A DNA stretch of 64,000 bases from Desulfobacterales bacterium (GTDB lineage: Bacteria; Desulfobacterota; Desulfobacteria; Desulfobacterales; UBA11574), in contig JAJDND010000085.1 in NCBI GenBank assembly GCA_022340885.1, positions 19,780 to 83,779 of the forward strand, read 5' to 3'. This document shows positions 1 to 11,521 of this stretch, one piece after another. Every line of letters begins with the position of its first letter. The first letter of the stretch is position 1. The notes under the pieces were generated by a model. It saw only the letters and a list, made by a program, of their open reading frames with translations, was not told where the DNA came from and made no database searches. A program made the translations under genes and the position numbers.

Positions 1-182
1 ATCAGATATCTCCAAGATAAAATGACGTATAATTCCGTTAAAATAAAAGCTTCAAACTTACGATTATCATAACAAAAAGCAGATGACAGGGCAAATAAAT
101 AAGGCAGAATCGATGATCATCCTGCCTTGTTTGCGTTGACGGTGGTTTCAGAAAGATAAGGGTCAGTGGGGTTATTTCACTT

Positions 183-268
183 GAAGTGGTTTCAAAACCT
201 TCAATCGTGCTCTATATCTCCCGCTAAAAACCAGCGGGATAAAAAGGCGAACTGGAACGGCCAACCGC
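183..268. repeat. Diverged partial copy of the ~148-bp MITE-like element with an inserted hairpin
   Basis: 183-207 (gaagtggtttcaaaaccttcaatcg) is identical to 40573-40597; aaggcgaactggaacggccaaccgc matches the element interior; hairpin tcccgct-aaaaacc-agcggga lies between the two parts. Confidence 0.7.
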
Positions 269-347
269 CCCGATTCTTTTGATGATTCTGCACAGTCGTA
301 GCAGTCGCTCGTACAATTCGGCATTGCTGTATCCGCAGGGGCCGCCG

Positions 348-2375
348 TCAGGACGATTTCTTTAAAAGCGCCTGCGCTTTTTCCACAACATGATACGCTG
401 AAAACCCATATTTTTCCATCATAATATTGCCCGGCGCCGAAGCACCAAAACCATCGATACCGACAACGTCGCCGCCGGAACCGACATATCGGCACCATCC
501 CATTTGAGATCCGGTCTCCACGGCCAGGCGAACCGGGACATCCGGCAAAAGGACACGATCTTTGTATTTTTGCGATGTCTTTTCAAAAAGTTCCCAACTG
601 GGCATACTGACAACCCTCACGGCAATACCTTTTTCATTGAGGAGGGACTTGGCTTCCAGAACAATATGAACTTCGGATCCCGTACCGATCAGTATGATAT
701 CAGGTTTACCTTCACAATCTTCCAGGATATAGGCCCCTTTTTCCAAGCCGTTTTCTCCGGCACCGGAATTTAGTATCGGCAGTTTCTGACGGCTCAGAAT
801 CAACGCCACCGGTCCGGTAGTGGTTTTCAGGGCCCGGCGCCAAGCCTGGGCGGTTTCGGTTGCATCGGCCGGACGGATAACGGTAAGGCCCGGAATGGCC
901 CGCAACGCGGCCAGATGCTCTACGGGCTGATGCGTGGGGCCGTCTTCGCCCACTGCGATGGAGTCGTGGGTGAAGACATATATCAGCGGTATTTTCATAA
1001 TGGCAGCCACACGCAGGGAGGGCCGCAGGTAATCCGAAAAAACCAGAAAGGTGCCCCCGTAAGGCCGAAGACCGTGGTGAAGAAACATGCCGGACATGAT
1101 GCCGCCCATGGCATGCTCCCTGACACCGAAGCGGATGTTGCGCCCGTCGTAGGCATCTTTTTGAAATTCATGGGATTCATTCAAATACGTTTTGTTGGAA
1201 GGAGCCAGATCTGCGCTGCCGCCGATGAGTGTGGGAAGTTTCGGGGCAATGGCGTTTAAAACTTTGCCGGATGCCGCCCGCGTGGCCAAAGGACCGTCCG
1301 ATGGTTTAAATACCGGGATATCCTCATCCCATCCGGTGGTGAGAAACCCGCTCATGGCATCCACCCATTTTTGCGTTATCTCCGGATATTTTTTACTGTA
1401 AGCCTTGAATTTTTCCTGCCATTCGCCCTCGGCCTTGCTTCCCATGTCAATACATTGTCTGAAGTGATTCGATACTGCTTCAGGAACATAAAAGAAGGCA
1501 TCTTCCGGCATGCCGAGGCACTTTTTGGTCAGACGGACCTCTTCTTCGCCCAGCGGCGCGCCATGGGCGTCAGCGGAATTTTGCAAGTTGGGACTTCCGC
1601 AGGCGATATACGTGCGCATAACAATCAAAGACGGCTGCTTTGTGTTGGCTTTAGCAGCCTGGACCGCGTCATAAACGGCCTGGAAATCGTTGCCGTCGTC
1701 AACGCTGACAACATGCCAGTGATACGCCTTGAATCGAAGAGCGACATCTTCGGAAAAGGTGATCGATGTGGGACCTTCAATGGAGATCCGGTTGTCGTCG
1801 TAAATGCAGATCAGTTTGCCGAGCCCCAAATGGCCGGCCAAAGACGCCGCCTCCGAAGAAATGCCTTCCATCATATCACCGTCTCCGCAGATCATATACG
1901 TGTAGTGGTCGACGATGTCATATCCGGGACGGTTAAACCGGGCGGCCAAGTGCCGTTCCGCCATGGCCATGCCCACGGCGTTGGCAAACCCCTGTCCCAG
2001 CGGACCGGTAGTGGTTTCCACCCCCGGTGTGTGACCGAATTCGGGGTGGCCGGGCGTGTTGCTGCCCCACTGGCGAAAATTTTTGATATCATCGAGACTG
2101 ACGGCATATCCCGAAAGATGAAGCAAACTGTAAAGGAGCATGGAGGCATGACCGGCTGACAGTATGAAACGATCCCTGTCGAGCCATCCGGGATTTAAAG
2201 GATTATGTTTCATTACCCGTGTCCATAGGACATATGCCGCCGGAGCGAGTCCCATGGGAGCGCCCGGATGGCCGGAATTGGCTTTTTGAACCGCATCCAT
2301 GGAAAGTCCGCGGATGGTATTGACACACAACTCATCGACGTTTATCAGGTTTTCTGCCAGGCCTTCGGTCTTCAT
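348..2375 (-). CDS. tkt: Transketolase
   Basis: [30 protein letters not shown] motif, [17 protein letters not shown]. Confidence 0.97.
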   Translation of the reverse strand: MKTEGLAENLINVDELCVNTIRGLSMDAVQKANSGHPGAPMGLAPAAYVLWTRVMKHNPLNPGWLDRDRFILSAGHASMLLYSLLHLSGYAVSLDDIKNFRQWGSNTPGHPEFGHTPGVETTTGPLGQGFANAVGMAMAERHLAARFNRPGYDIVDHYTYMICGDGDMMEGISSEAASLAGHLGLGKLICIYDDNRISIEGPTSITFSEDVALRFKAYHWHVVSVDDGNDFQAVYDAVQAAKANTKQPSLIVMRTYIACGSPNLQNSADAHGAPLGEEEVRLTKKCLGMPEDAFFYVPEAVSNHFRQCIDMGSKAEGEWQEKFKAYSKKYPEITQKWVDAMSGFLTTGWDEDIPVFKPSDGPLATRAASGKVLNAIAPKLPTLIGGSADLAPSNKTYLNESHEFQKDAYDGRNIRFGVREHAMGGIMSGMFLHHGLRPYGGTFLVFSDYLRPSLRVAAIMKIPLIYVFTHDSIAVGEDGPTHQPVEHLAALRAIPGLTVIRPADATETAQAWRRALKTTTGPVALILSRQKLPILNSGAGENGLEKGAYILEDCEGKPDIILIGTGSEVHIVLEAKSLLNEKGIAVRVVSMPSWELFEKTSQKYKDRVLLPDVPVRLAVETGSQMGWCRYVGSGGDVVGIDGFGASAPGNIMMEKYGFSAYHVVEKAQALLKKSS

Positions 2376-2418
2376 TCATTTCTCCTTTTTTAACATATGG
2401 CATGTGATGGTTTCTGAT

Positions 2419-3288
2419 TTACAATGCCCGTAAAAATTCCGGTTTCAGGGCGACCCTGCCCGTCAGCGCCTCATCTATAAGACGCAATGTCTTTTGTTTG
2501 TCCTTCGGCAGTCTTGCCTTAATGGGAAGATAATTTGACGCATGGTTGGCATGAAAAAGACCTTTTGAAAGTTCTGTGGCGTCAATCATGGTTTTGAGCT
2601 CTTTTAGCATGTCCTCAGGCTCAGGCAAAAAGAATTCTCCGTTTTTAAAGTCCCGGTACATGGGTGTCCCCGGAATGAGCATCAGCGTCAGCGCGCCGAC
2701 ATACTCCGGATCGATGGCGGTAAGGACCCGACCGGTTTCACGGGCATGGATATCCGACCGGGACGGACCGGCAATCCCCAGCAGCACGGTAATGGAAAGC
2801 TTAATTCCCGCGGCCTTTGCTTTTTGGCCCATTTGGATCATCTCTTTCGATGTCGCACCCTTGTTGATTTTTTTCAATGTGATGTCGTCCCCGGTCTCAA
2901 GTCCCATGTACAGGATGCCAAGGCCGTGTGCTTTGAGTGTTTCAAGGTCGTCAAGGGTTTTCATTTTCAGGCTTTTGCAATTGGCGTACGCCCCCACGCG
3001 GGTCACCCAGGGAAGCTGCCGTTTGATCTGTTGCAAAATATGCAGAAGTTTTTTTTGGGGAATGATAAGCGCATCGCCGTCACATAAAAATACGCGGCGC
3101 TGCCGTTGGCAATGCGCTGCCGCAAAGGCAATATCTTCCATAATCACCGGATCCTTTTTTATTCGGAACCGTTCACCTTTGTACGCGCCGCAGAATGTAC
3201 ATTTGTTTCTGGAACAGCCCACGGTGACCTGCAGCAGTATACTGCCGGCTTCACTGGGCGGTCGAATGATGTTTCCTTCATAGTGCAT
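2419..3288 (-). CDS. Radical SAM protein
   Basis: N-terminal RPPSEA, GCSRNKCTFC cysteine motif, YMGLETGDD, FHANHASNYL. Confidence 0.85.
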   Translation of the reverse strand: MHYEGNIIRPPSEAGSILLQVTVGCSRNKCTFCGAYKGERFRIKKDPVIMEDIAFAAAHCQRQRRVFLCDGDALIIPQKKLLHILQQIKRQLPWVTRVGAYANCKSLKMKTLDDLETLKAHGLGILYMGLETGDDITLKKINKGATSKEMIQMGQKAKAAGIKLSITVLLGIAGPSRSDIHARETGRVLTAIDPEYVGALTLMLIPGTPMYRDFKNGEFFLPEPEDMLKELKTMIDATELSKGLFHANHASNYLPIKARLPKDKQKTLRLIDEALTGRVALKPEFLRAL

Positions 3289-3437
3289 ATCAATGGTTCT
3301 CCAAAACGAAAAAATTCAAGAGATTTTAACTGAATTTAAAACTTTTATGCAACCCTTTTTCTCAAGCCGATTCATCTAAAAGGAAATAGCGTTTACATTT
3401 GTTGTATAAGTTTGATACAGTTGAAAATATTTAAATA

Positions 3438-4439
3438 ATGGAATGCAAAGCGTTGCCTATGACACTTCACCTGCTCTTATTTGTTGTCGGATTTTTAATG
3501 CTCTATTACGGTGCCCACTGGCTGGTCAAAGGATCGTCGAGTCTGGCGCGAAGTATGGGCCTTACGCCCCTTGTTATCGGTCTGACCGTCGTGGCGTTCG
3601 GGACCTCCGCCCCGGAACTGGTGGTGAGTGTCGTCTCTTCCATTAAAGGCAAAAGCATGATCGCCGTCGGAAATGTCATCGGGAGCAATATCTGCAACAT
3701 CGCCCTGGTGCTCGGCATATCGGCATTGATTCACCCCATCAGGGGCGACCGGGCCGTGTTCCGGCGGGACATACCGATCATGCTCGGCGTATCATTCTAT
3801 CTTTTGCTGATTTCATTGAATTCGAAAATCGGAAGACTTGAAGGCGCGTCTCTCTTGGCAGGTATCGTAATATATACCGCGTTCAATTATTACACTGCCG
3901 TCAAGGAAACCCGCAATAAAAGTCAAGTCGAAGGCGTTGCTTTTCGCCATGCCGCCCAAGACATCGAATATATCGCGTCCAGAAGCCGGCAGGTGGTGTG
4001 GATTGCGGCGGGAATCATCGTTGTCGTTGCCGGTGCGGAAATTCTCATTGATGCGGCGGTGGCCATCATGAAGGTATTCGGCGTCAACGAAAAATTTATC
4101 GGCCTGACCATCGTTGCGCTGGGGACATCCCTTCCCGAAATGGCGACTTCCGTTGTTGCCGCCATGAAAAAAGAAATGGATATCAGCATCGGCAATCTCG
4201 TGGGAAGCAATGTATTTAACATCCTCAGCGTTCTCGGTGCCGCCGCCCTGGTAAAACCCATCCCCATTCCCGGCGGTTTTGTTCAAAGCGGCCTTCTCAT
4301 CGATTACCTTTTCATGATGTTTGTCAGCGTTTTGCCGTGGCTGATGATGAGAAAAACATACATCGTGTCGCGCAAGGACGGCGTGGTTCTTCTTCTGTGT
4401 TACGTGGGGTATATCGTTTATCTCATCATCAAAACCTGA
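3438..4439 (+). CDS. Ca2+/Na+ (CaCA, YrbG-like) antiporter; start may be ATG 3459
   Basis: Two alpha repeats GTSAPEL..GNVIGSN and GTSLPEM..GNLVGSN; about 10 hydrophobic segments. Confidence 0.92.
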   Translation: MECKALPMTLHLLLFVVGFLMLYYGAHWLVKGSSSLARSMGLTPLVIGLTVVAFGTSAPELVVSVVSSIKGKSMIAVGNVIGSNICNIALVLGISALIHPIRGDRAVFRRDIPIMLGVSFYLLLISLNSKIGRLEGASLLAGIVIYTAFNYYTAVKETRNKSQVEGVAFRHAAQDIEYIASRSRQVVWIAAGIIVVVAGAEILIDAAVAIMKVFGVNEKFIGLTIVALGTSLPEMATSVVAAMKKEMDISIGNLVGSNVFNILSVLGAAALVKPIPIPGGFVQSGLLIDYLFMMFVSVLPWLMMRKTYIVSRKDGVVLLLCYVGYIVYLIIKT

Positions 4440-4457
4440 CGGCTTTTTTTTGGCGTT

Positions 4458-5879
4458 CTAAGGCCGGATATCCATCGTAGGATACAGCCCTTTTTGGGGG
4501 CCTTTCCCATAGGGGTGAATAATATTAAACGTTAGATCCTGCCCCATCTGAGCATGCCCCTTGTTTTGCTTTCCGTCAAAAAAAGCGCCGTTGGCCGCCA
4601 GTATATGCTCGATTCGATGTTTGAATGCTTCGATGAACCCGGCGCCGCTGCCCTGGAATCTCATCGCGCCCAATGTCAGGCTCTTCTTGACCCTTGAGAG
4701 TCTTTTTACGGAAGCGGCATGGGTTTTAAGATCATCGGCGTTTCTGATATAGCCCCAGACCACGTAATCCTCCGGTATCTTAAGGGGTTCATCGAGATCG
4801 ATGATGGTATGGGGCATGACGATACACCGATCCCCTATCTCGAGTGGAGATTCGGGTGTTCCCCGTAAAAACGCGTTGAACCCGACAAAAACATTTTTCC
4901 CCAAGCGCGCGTGGATGATTTTTCCGCCGTGGGCCGTGACATTGTTGCCTTCCAGGCGGGAATTGATGATATAGCAGTTTTCCTGGGCATTGGCGCCCTT
5001 CCCCAGCCAGGCATTTTCAAGGCAGGCGCGCTGAGCCACCAATACGTTTTCGCCGATAACGCTGTCACCTTTCACGACCGCATACCGGTTTAAGGATGCG
5101 CCGCGCGGAATTGAAATGGGCGCTTTCAGGTTTACGACATCAAAGATTTTCTGAAAATCCATTTTGCGATCTCGTATAAAATCGATGAATATGCCCCTGG
5201 GTGAGGCCCCCGGCTCCAGGGAAATATACTTTTCAAGCACGTTATTTGAAAAAATATACCGAAAATCGAATGCATCCTTTGCATGAACCCATACGGTACC
5301 GGGTTCAATATTTTGGTGAGACAGCTCCCCGGCCTGTACATAAGAAAAAGCGCCGATGACGCTGTCGTGGATTGTTGTTAGATCCACGGTTGCAAAGGGA
5401 CCGATAAAACATCCTTCCACCGGAGAACCGTGGATGTTGGCATAATGCATGGATACCGTATTTTGAATTAAAAACTCTTCTAAAATTTCCGGGTCGTGGG
5501 TATAACAATGAACCAGGGTTTTAATGAGACAGGCATCTTTAATGCGAATATTCTCATCATCGCAAACAGGAATTTCAGCCCCTTGAAAATGAAACCGGTC
5601 CCCTTTGGCTTTCAACTCATCCCCCCGGATATCGCTCTTATAAACAACGGCGTGGTCCACCGTACATCTGCCCAGAAAATAACTTCCGGATAGACTTGAT
5701 CGAAATATGCGAAAATGAAACCCTTGTCGGGGACTAATTCCGTAAAAAGCGTAAAATTTTACCAGCCGCCCCAATGGAATCGTTCGCCGCACCAAGGGTT
5801 CCGCGTCAAATTGAAATTCTCGGAGATTGACATTGATACGCGCAATGATTCGATCCATCAGATTTCCAAGCTGTTTCAT
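4458..5879 (-). CDS. Left-handed beta-helix (hexapeptide repeat) transferase / gamma-carbonic-anhydrase-like protein
   Basis: Two blocks of hexapeptide-type repeats (HGSPVEGCFIGPFATV; VTAHGGKIIHARLGKNVFVGFNA; IGDRCIVMPHTII). Confidence 0.65.
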   Translation of the reverse strand: MKQLGNLMDRIIARINVNLREFQFDAEPLVRRTIPLGRLVKFYAFYGISPRQGFHFRIFRSSLSGSYFLGRCTVDHAVVYKSDIRGDELKAKGDRFHFQGAEIPVCDDENIRIKDACLIKTLVHCYTHDPEILEEFLIQNTVSMHYANIHGSPVEGCFIGPFATVDLTTIHDSVIGAFSYVQAGELSHQNIEPGTVWVHAKDAFDFRYIFSNNVLEKYISLEPGASPRGIFIDFIRDRKMDFQKIFDVVNLKAPISIPRGASLNRYAVVKGDSVIGENVLVAQRACLENAWLGKGANAQENCYIINSRLEGNNVTAHGGKIIHARLGKNVFVGFNAFLRGTPESPLEIGDRCIVMPHTIIDLDEPLKIPEDYVVWGYIRNADDLKTHAASVKRLSRVKKSLTLGAMRFQGSGAGFIEAFKHRIEHILAANGAFFDGKQNKGHAQMGQDLTFNIIHPYGKGPQKGLYPTMDIRP

Positions 5880-5914
5880 GTGTTCGCCTCCGAATATGGT
5901 ACTGTGTAAAAGTG

Positions 5915-7291
5915 TCAGTCGTCTTCAGGTTCCAGCCCGAATCGTTTTATTTTGCGCCACAGGGAAACCCGGTCGATGCCCATGATTTTCGCGGCCCTGG
6001 TTTTATTTCCTTCACACTTATCGATAACCCATTTAATGTAATTTTTCTCCTGTTCCTCGAGGGTCGGCAGTGCTTGATCATGCCGGCGATAGGTTTCGAT
6101 GGAAAGATTGCTGATGTATTCCGGCAGTTCGTTAACGGTTATTTCCGGACCGTTGGCCAGCGCAACCGCCCGTTCGATGACATTCTCCAGTTCTCTGATA
6201 TTTCCCGGCCAGCCATACTGGCACAGCAATTCCATGCATTCTTTTTGAATCAATTGAACATCTTTGTTCATGTCCTTGCTCTTTTGAAACAAGAAGTGAT
6301 ACGCCAGAAGCGGAATATCGCCGTTCCGCTCGGTAAGTGATGGAAGTTCTATGGTGATGACATTCAACCGGTAAAACAAATCCTGTCTAAAATGCCCTTT
6401 TTCCACATCTTCCTTGAGCTCGCGATGGGTGGCCGCGATAAAGCGGACATCCACGGGAACCGGTGTTTCGCCTCCCACCGGCAAGACTTCCTTTTCCTGA
6501 ATCACGCGCAACAACTTCACCTGCATGCTCAGCGGCATATCCCCGATCTCATCCAGAAAAACCGTGCCGCCGTCGGCGGTCTTGATCAACCCTGCTTTGG
6601 CCCTTGTCGCACCGGTAAATGCATCCTTTTCATGACCGAACAGCTCATTGGCCATGAGTTCTTCCGTAAACGAACCGCAGTTAAATGCGATGAATTCTTT
6701 TTCTGAACGGGGACTGAACCGGTGGATGGATCGGGCGACCAGTTCTTTGCCGGTGCCGCTTTCACCGAGAATCAAGACGTTGATGTCCGAAGGGGCGATC
6801 TGGTGAATTGTTTTCTGAATCTCCATCATGACCTTGCTTTGTCCGACAATGGATGAAATCTTTTGCTGTTTTTTGAGGGTTTCCTTGAGCTCGATGTTCT
6901 CAAGCCGAAGACGCCGTTTTAACAGCGCCTCCTTGGTAATCTGGCGAACTTCTCCGATGTTATAGGGTTTGGCGATATAATAATAGGCACCGTCATGCAT
7001 GGCCTGAACCGATGTTTCTATCGTGGCGTAGCCGGTGATCATAATGACTTCCGTGTAAGGCTGAAGCGTTTTTGTTTTATGAAGCACCTGCATGCCGTCG
7101 ACTTTGTCCATTTTCAGATCGGTAATCACAAGATCGAAATTTTGTGACTGAAGCATGTCAATGGCCTTTTGGCCGTTGTTGACGGCAACGACATCGTAGC
7201 CGGTTTTGATCAGAATATGCTCCAGGTTTTTTCTTGCAATATCCTCGTCTTCGACAACCAGAATGATTTCATTTCTGTTTTTCACGTTCAT
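5915..7291 (-). CDS. Sigma54-dependent response regulator (NtrC/AtoC family: REC-AAA+-Fis HTH)
   Basis: Receiver [27 protein letters not shown] (GAFTGA variant), [16 protein letters not shown]-terminal [11 protein letters not shown]. Confidence 0.95.
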   Translation of the reverse strand: MNVKNRNEIILVVEDEDIARKNLEHILIKTGYDVVAVNNGQKAIDMLQSQNFDLVITDLKMDKVDGMQVLHKTKTLQPYTEVIMITGYATIETSVQAMHDGAYYYIAKPYNIGEVRQITKEALLKRRLRLENIELKETLKKQQKISSIVGQSKVMMEIQKTIHQIAPSDINVLILGESGTGKELVARSIHRFSPRSEKEFIAFNCGSFTEELMANELFGHEKDAFTGATRAKAGLIKTADGGTVFLDEIGDMPLSMQVKLLRVIQEKEVLPVGGETPVPVDVRFIAATHRELKEDVEKGHFRQDLFYRLNVITIELPSLTERNGDIPLLAYHFLFQKSKDMNKDVQLIQKECMELLCQYGWPGNIRELENVIERAVALANGPEITVNELPEYISNLSIETYRRHDQALPTLEEQEKNYIKWVIDKCEGNKTRAAKIMGIDRVSLWRKIKRFGLEPEDD

Positions 7292-7296
7292 CCTTA

Positions 7297-8724
7297 TTAT
7301 AATTGGCGCTCTCCGGCCTGATGATACGGCAGGAAACAGGTGAAGGTTGTACCTTTCCCGATTTCGCTGGAAACAGATATCTTCCCGTCATGTTGTTCCA
7401 TGATGCCGTAAACAATGGAAAGCCCCAGCCCCGATCCCTTTCCGACACCTTTTGTGGTAAAAAAAGGGTCAAAAATTTTTGAGAGGATTTTTTCATCGAT
7501 GCCTTCACCCGTGTCGATCACGTGAAAAGAAAATCCATCTTGCGCCTTCTCATGTCTGGCGCTGATGGTAATCTCACCGCCGTCCTTCATGGCATGAACG
7601 GCATTGACGATAAGATTGATCAACACCCGTTCTATTCTCTGGGGTCCCAGGGTAGCCCGGATATCTTCGGGAACATCGATGTTGAAATGTATATTGTCCG
7701 GCACCTGAGATCGAACTTGGGATATGGCGCTGTCCACCAAATCTTTAAACACCACGTGTTTCAAGCTTAAAGACCGCTCCCTGGCGAACTCCAACAGAGA
7801 TCGAACGATCTCCTTGCCCCGCTCCACTTCTTTTTCAGCGCCGGTCAGCAGTTCTTTTTTATATTCCAGGTTGTTTTCCGCCAGTTCCTCGATAAGGATC
7901 TGAAGGGAGGTAGATATATTGTTGAGCGGATTGTTCAGTTCATGAGCCACGCCCGAGGTCAGTCTTCCCAGGGAAGCCAGCTTCTGCGCCTGCACGAGCT
8001 GCTTGCTTCGCTTGTTCAATTCATCGATCATATTATTTAGACTGGTCACCAGGGATTCGAATTCATCCCCGGTTTTAATTTCCGGGATATTGTTAAAATC
8101 TCCCCTTGCGATTCTGGTGATGGCGTTTTCAATGGTTTTCAACGGACGGTTGACATTGAAAATCAAAAACAACGCCACTAAAACAGAGAGGATAAAGACG
8201 GGGATCAGCGCCAACAGATGGATCGTCTTTGATTTTCCGATGAGATTTTGGGTAAATTGTCTTTCTTTTGTAACGATTTTTTCCAGCTCGCTGGTCAGAA
8301 TCCTACCCTGGGATCGAATGCGTTCGACGGTATTCGGGGGGACCATTAAATACCCTTGTTCTTGGAGTTTCAGAAGATTGGCGAGAGAATCCTTGTATGT
8401 CACCAGTTCGGTAATTCTTTCATCGAGGTTCTGGGCCAGGGTATATTTTGAGTATCGGGTCAATATATCGCGAAGGATATCCTCGGCCCGTTGGATATAG
8501 TTCAAGGCCTCGGTGATGTTCTTTTTATCAAAGGACAAAAAGTAGTTTTTCTCGTACCGGCGGGCCTCAAGAATGGTGTTTAAAAGATCGTACTTTCTTT
8601 CGATAATCTGGATCTTCTGATTGAGGATATACTGGCTGTAATAACTGCGTGCCCATATCAGGCTGCTGATGCCGATAAAAATAACAAAGGCTAAAAATAT
8701 TTTCCCTCTGATGCTGATTTTCAT
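7297..8724 (-). CDS. Membrane sensor histidine kinase (HAMP-HisKA-HATPase)
   Basis: Two TM segments, GVAHELNNPL H-box, NLIVNA, DTGEGI, PFFTTK..GSGLGL. Confidence 0.95.
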   Translation of the reverse strand: MKISIRGKIFLAFVIFIGISSLIWARSYYSQYILNQKIQIIERKYDLLNTILEARRYEKNYFLSFDKKNITEALNYIQRAEDILRDILTRYSKYTLAQNLDERITELVTYKDSLANLLKLQEQGYLMVPPNTVERIRSQGRILTSELEKIVTKERQFTQNLIGKSKTIHLLALIPVFILSVLVALFLIFNVNRPLKTIENAITRIARGDFNNIPEIKTGDEFESLVTSLNNMIDELNKRSKQLVQAQKLASLGRLTSGVAHELNNPLNNISTSLQILIEELAENNLEYKKELLTGAEKEVERGKEIVRSLLEFARERSLSLKHVVFKDLVDSAISQVRSQVPDNIHFNIDVPEDIRATLGPQRIERVLINLIVNAVHAMKDGGEITISARHEKAQDGFSFHVIDTGEGIDEKILSKIFDPFFTTKGVGKGSGLGLSIVYGIMEQHDGKISVSSEIGKGTTFTCFLPYHQAGERQL

Positions 8725-8771
8725 CTTTGCATATGATGGGATACAGGGTCCGACGCCGGGAACAGCGGGTA

Positions 8772-9623
8772 TCAGGTATAATAGGGCATTGCAATTTGAC
8801 AGAATACGTTGTTGACGCCGGGTATGTCGCGCGCAATTTCGGTAATCTGCCGGGTTAAATCATCCTGATAGACTTCGCCGAGATGTCGCTGCAATGCCGG
8901 ACTGACATAGCCGGATTTTTTTCGCTTCTGAGCCGCGACCGTTACATGAACGTTCCCGTTTTTAACAAAAACATCGGCCTCGCACACCGGTTGCAGGGCC
9001 GCCCGCAGCCGGCTGGCTATGGCGAAATCTTCCACGATTTGTTTCGACTCATCGGTGGTTCGGTAAGTCTTGCTCCTTGCTGCAAGACAAATGATTTCAC
9101 AGGCGTCTTCAATTGTCAAGTTTCCGATATTAATTACAATATCATAAAGCTTGGGGTCATGAATATCTGTCTTGTACAGATACCGGGTCCAGTAGATTCG
9201 ATTCTTGTCTTCATTTTCAATGATTCCGGTCGCTTTTTCTTTTGTGACGTTTTCACGCTTTTGAAGCAACTTGATCCGGTCGTCTTTATCGGCAAGGATT
9301 CTTACTTTGAGCACCTGGGGAATCTCTGTCAGCAACAGATGGCCGCCATGGCCGTGATAGACCACATTTCCTTTCCTGGCATATTCCAATAGCGCGGCTT
9401 TGATATATTCAAGATACCGGTCTCTGCCGCGGACCATCCGCTCTAAAATGTTGGGCGCGTCATTGAGCGATCGAATCAGCTTTCTTTCCGAGACATTAAA
9501 AAGCTGGGCGGCCTCCACCAGAATCTCCCGGCTCACACATTCATACCCCAGCATTTTAGCCGTCTTTTCGGCAATCTCCTGACCGTGGCTGAAACATCCT
9601 CGAGAAATGGTAATGACCGCCAT
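8772..9623 (-). CDS. Cytidylate kinase-like family protein with C-terminal extension
   Basis: MAVITISRG..G.EIA, VVYHGHGG, YDIVIN; canonical P-loop GKS/T absent. Confidence 0.8.
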   Translation of the reverse strand: MAVITISRGCFSHGQEIAEKTAKMLGYECVSREILVEAAQLFNVSERKLIRSLNDAPNILERMVRGRDRYLEYIKAALLEYARKGNVVYHGHGGHLLLTEIPQVLKVRILADKDDRIKLLQKRENVTKEKATGIIENEDKNRIYWTRYLYKTDIHDPKLYDIVINIGNLTIEDACEIICLAARSKTYRTTDESKQIVEDFAIASRLRAALQPVCEADVFVKNGNVHVTVAAQKRKKSGYVSPALQRHLGEVYQDDLTRQITEIARDIPGVNNVFCQIAMPYYT

Positions 9624-9645
9624 TGACCGCTAACCTCCTGTACCG

Positions 9646-11460
9646 TTATTGAATGCCGTAAAAGAAATAGAGAATGGCCAACTCCACCGCTAAAAAGATG
9701 GCTGTCATAACGGCTCCCGCCTTGGCATAATCCACGGTACGATAGCCGCCGGGTCTCATCACCAGGGCATTGACCTGATGCGTCGGGAGGACGAATGTAT
9801 TGGATGCCGACAATCCCACGACCAGTGCCGCCATTCTCGGATCTCCTCCGGCCATGACCGCCATATTCATGCACAGCGGAACCAGCAGCACTGTTGCGCC
9901 GACATTGGAAATCACCAGGGTGAAAAAAGACGTCATGATGCCCACCGCCGCCAGCAAGACGATGGGTGAGGGATTACCCAGCATCCCTAGAACGAATTTT
10001 GCAATAAACGCCGCCGTACCAGTTTTCTCAAAAGCAATGCCCAAAGGGATCAGGCCAGCCAGGAGAAACACGGTCATCCAGTCCACGGCGCGATAGGCTT
10101 CATCCACCGAGAGCACGCCGGTGATGATCATGCCCAAGGCGCCGGACATCAGCGCCACGGAAAGCTGAATCTTGAAGAAAATAATTTGCGCCAGGGCCAC
10201 GGCCAGCCAGGTCACCGCCAGTTTGGCTTTTTCAGGACGCATGATTTCACCTTCAAGGGCCGTTGCAAAGGTCAGCGCCCGGGGTTGAGGCTGATTTCTT
10301 AAAATGTGAAATTTCTCCCAGGGTGCCTGGAGCAGCAAAGTATCGCCCATTTGCAGCCGGACGTGGGTCAAGTTGCTGTAAATAATTTTATTGCCGGTAA
10401 ACAGCGCCACCGGGTTTACGCCGTACATTTCCTTAAAATTAACCTGGCTCATGGTTTTGCCGATCAGTTCCGAACGGGGGGAGACCACCGTTTCCGCCAT
10501 TCCGGCATTGATGACCGCAAGGCTCTCTCCAAAAACATCCAGTCCGTTCTTGATCTCCCACCCGTATTCGTCGGCCAGCATTCTCACCATTTTTTCCTTG
10601 CCGATGACGGCGATGTCATCACCCGGAGAAATCGCATCGCTGCTTTTGGGCACAAAGGATTTTTCATTTTCCGCTGAAAAGCTGATGGCCACCACGGTCA
10701 CCAGAAACTTCGGCCGGATGGCCAGATCTTGAAGCGTCTTAGGGCCTTCAAAGGAATCCGGTATGTGTATTTCAAATGTATTTTCAAGCCCTTGGTAGGC
10801 TTCCATCAACAGCGCCGTAACCCCTTTTTCCGCTTCTCCTTCTGCCGCCGGCAAGATAAATTTTCCGAAAAAGATAAAATAAATGATGGCGCTTGAAAGC
10901 AGGCAGATGCCGATGGGGGTTTGAGTGAAAAGACCGAAGGGTTGCAGCTTTTTCCCGCCGAGAACCATCAGGTCATTCAAAAGAATCGTGGGGCTGGCCC
11001 CCACCAGCGTGATGGTACCACCGATGATGGCGCAGAACCCCATGGGCATCAGGAGTCGAGATATCGGGATCCCCATTCTTTTGGAGATCCGCTGGGTCGC
11101 CGGAAGAAACAGGGCCGCAGCGCCGATGTTCTGCATCATGCTCGATATGATGCCAACCGTACCGGATACAAGGGTAATGACCTTTTTCTCGCTGCTGCCG
11201 GCCAGCTTGATAATGGGGCCGGCCACCTTGTTCATGACCCCTGTCTTGTCAAGACCGGCGCCGATGATAATAACTGCCATGATGGAAACAACGGCATTAC
11301 TGCTCAAGCCGACAAATGCCTCTTTCGGCGAAATCAGGCCGATAAGGGGAAGCAGCGCCATCATGATAATTCCCACGACATCGACCCTTACCCATTCAAA
11401 AATAAACAGAACGACGGCAAAACCAAGTACAATCATTGTCAGGATCATCTCAGGTGTCAT
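9646..11460 (-). CDS. SLC13/DASS family permease with TrkA-C domains
   Basis: MMQNIGAAALFLP, GGTITLVGASPTI, two soluble TrkA-C-like repeats, ISNVGATVLLVP, PTHQVN..PGGY. Confidence 0.9.
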   Translation of the reverse strand: MTPEMILTMIVLGFAVVLFIFEWVRVDVVGIIMMALLPLIGLISPKEAFVGLSSNAVVSIMAVIIIGAGLDKTGVMNKVAGPIIKLAGSSEKKVITLVSGTVGIISSMMQNIGAAALFLPATQRISKRMGIPISRLLMPMGFCAIIGGTITLVGASPTILLNDLMVLGGKKLQPFGLFTQTPIGICLLSSAIIYFIFFGKFILPAAEGEAEKGVTALLMEAYQGLENTFEIHIPDSFEGPKTLQDLAIRPKFLVTVVAISFSAENEKSFVPKSSDAISPGDDIAVIGKEKMVRMLADEYGWEIKNGLDVFGESLAVINAGMAETVVSPRSELIGKTMSQVNFKEMYGVNPVALFTGNKIIYSNLTHVRLQMGDTLLLQAPWEKFHILRNQPQPRALTFATALEGEIMRPEKAKLAVTWLAVALAQIIFFKIQLSVALMSGALGMIITGVLSVDEAYRAVDWMTVFLLAGLIPLGIAFEKTGTAAFIAKFVLGMLGNPSPIVLLAAVGIMTSFFTLVISNVGATVLLVPLCMNMAVMAGGDPRMAALVVGLSASNTFVLPTHQVNALVMRPGGYRTVDYAKAGAVMTAIFLAVELAILYFFYGIQ

Positions 11461-11521
11461 CGCTAAATATCCCTTCCTGTGTCATCTCGTGTGATTTTCA
11501 AAATCTTAACGACATCTCCGG

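Noticed and set aside
3392-3421. Sigma70-like TTTACA-N18-TACAGT upstream of the antiporter
   Set aside because: Plausible, but too weak a match in AT-rich DNA to call
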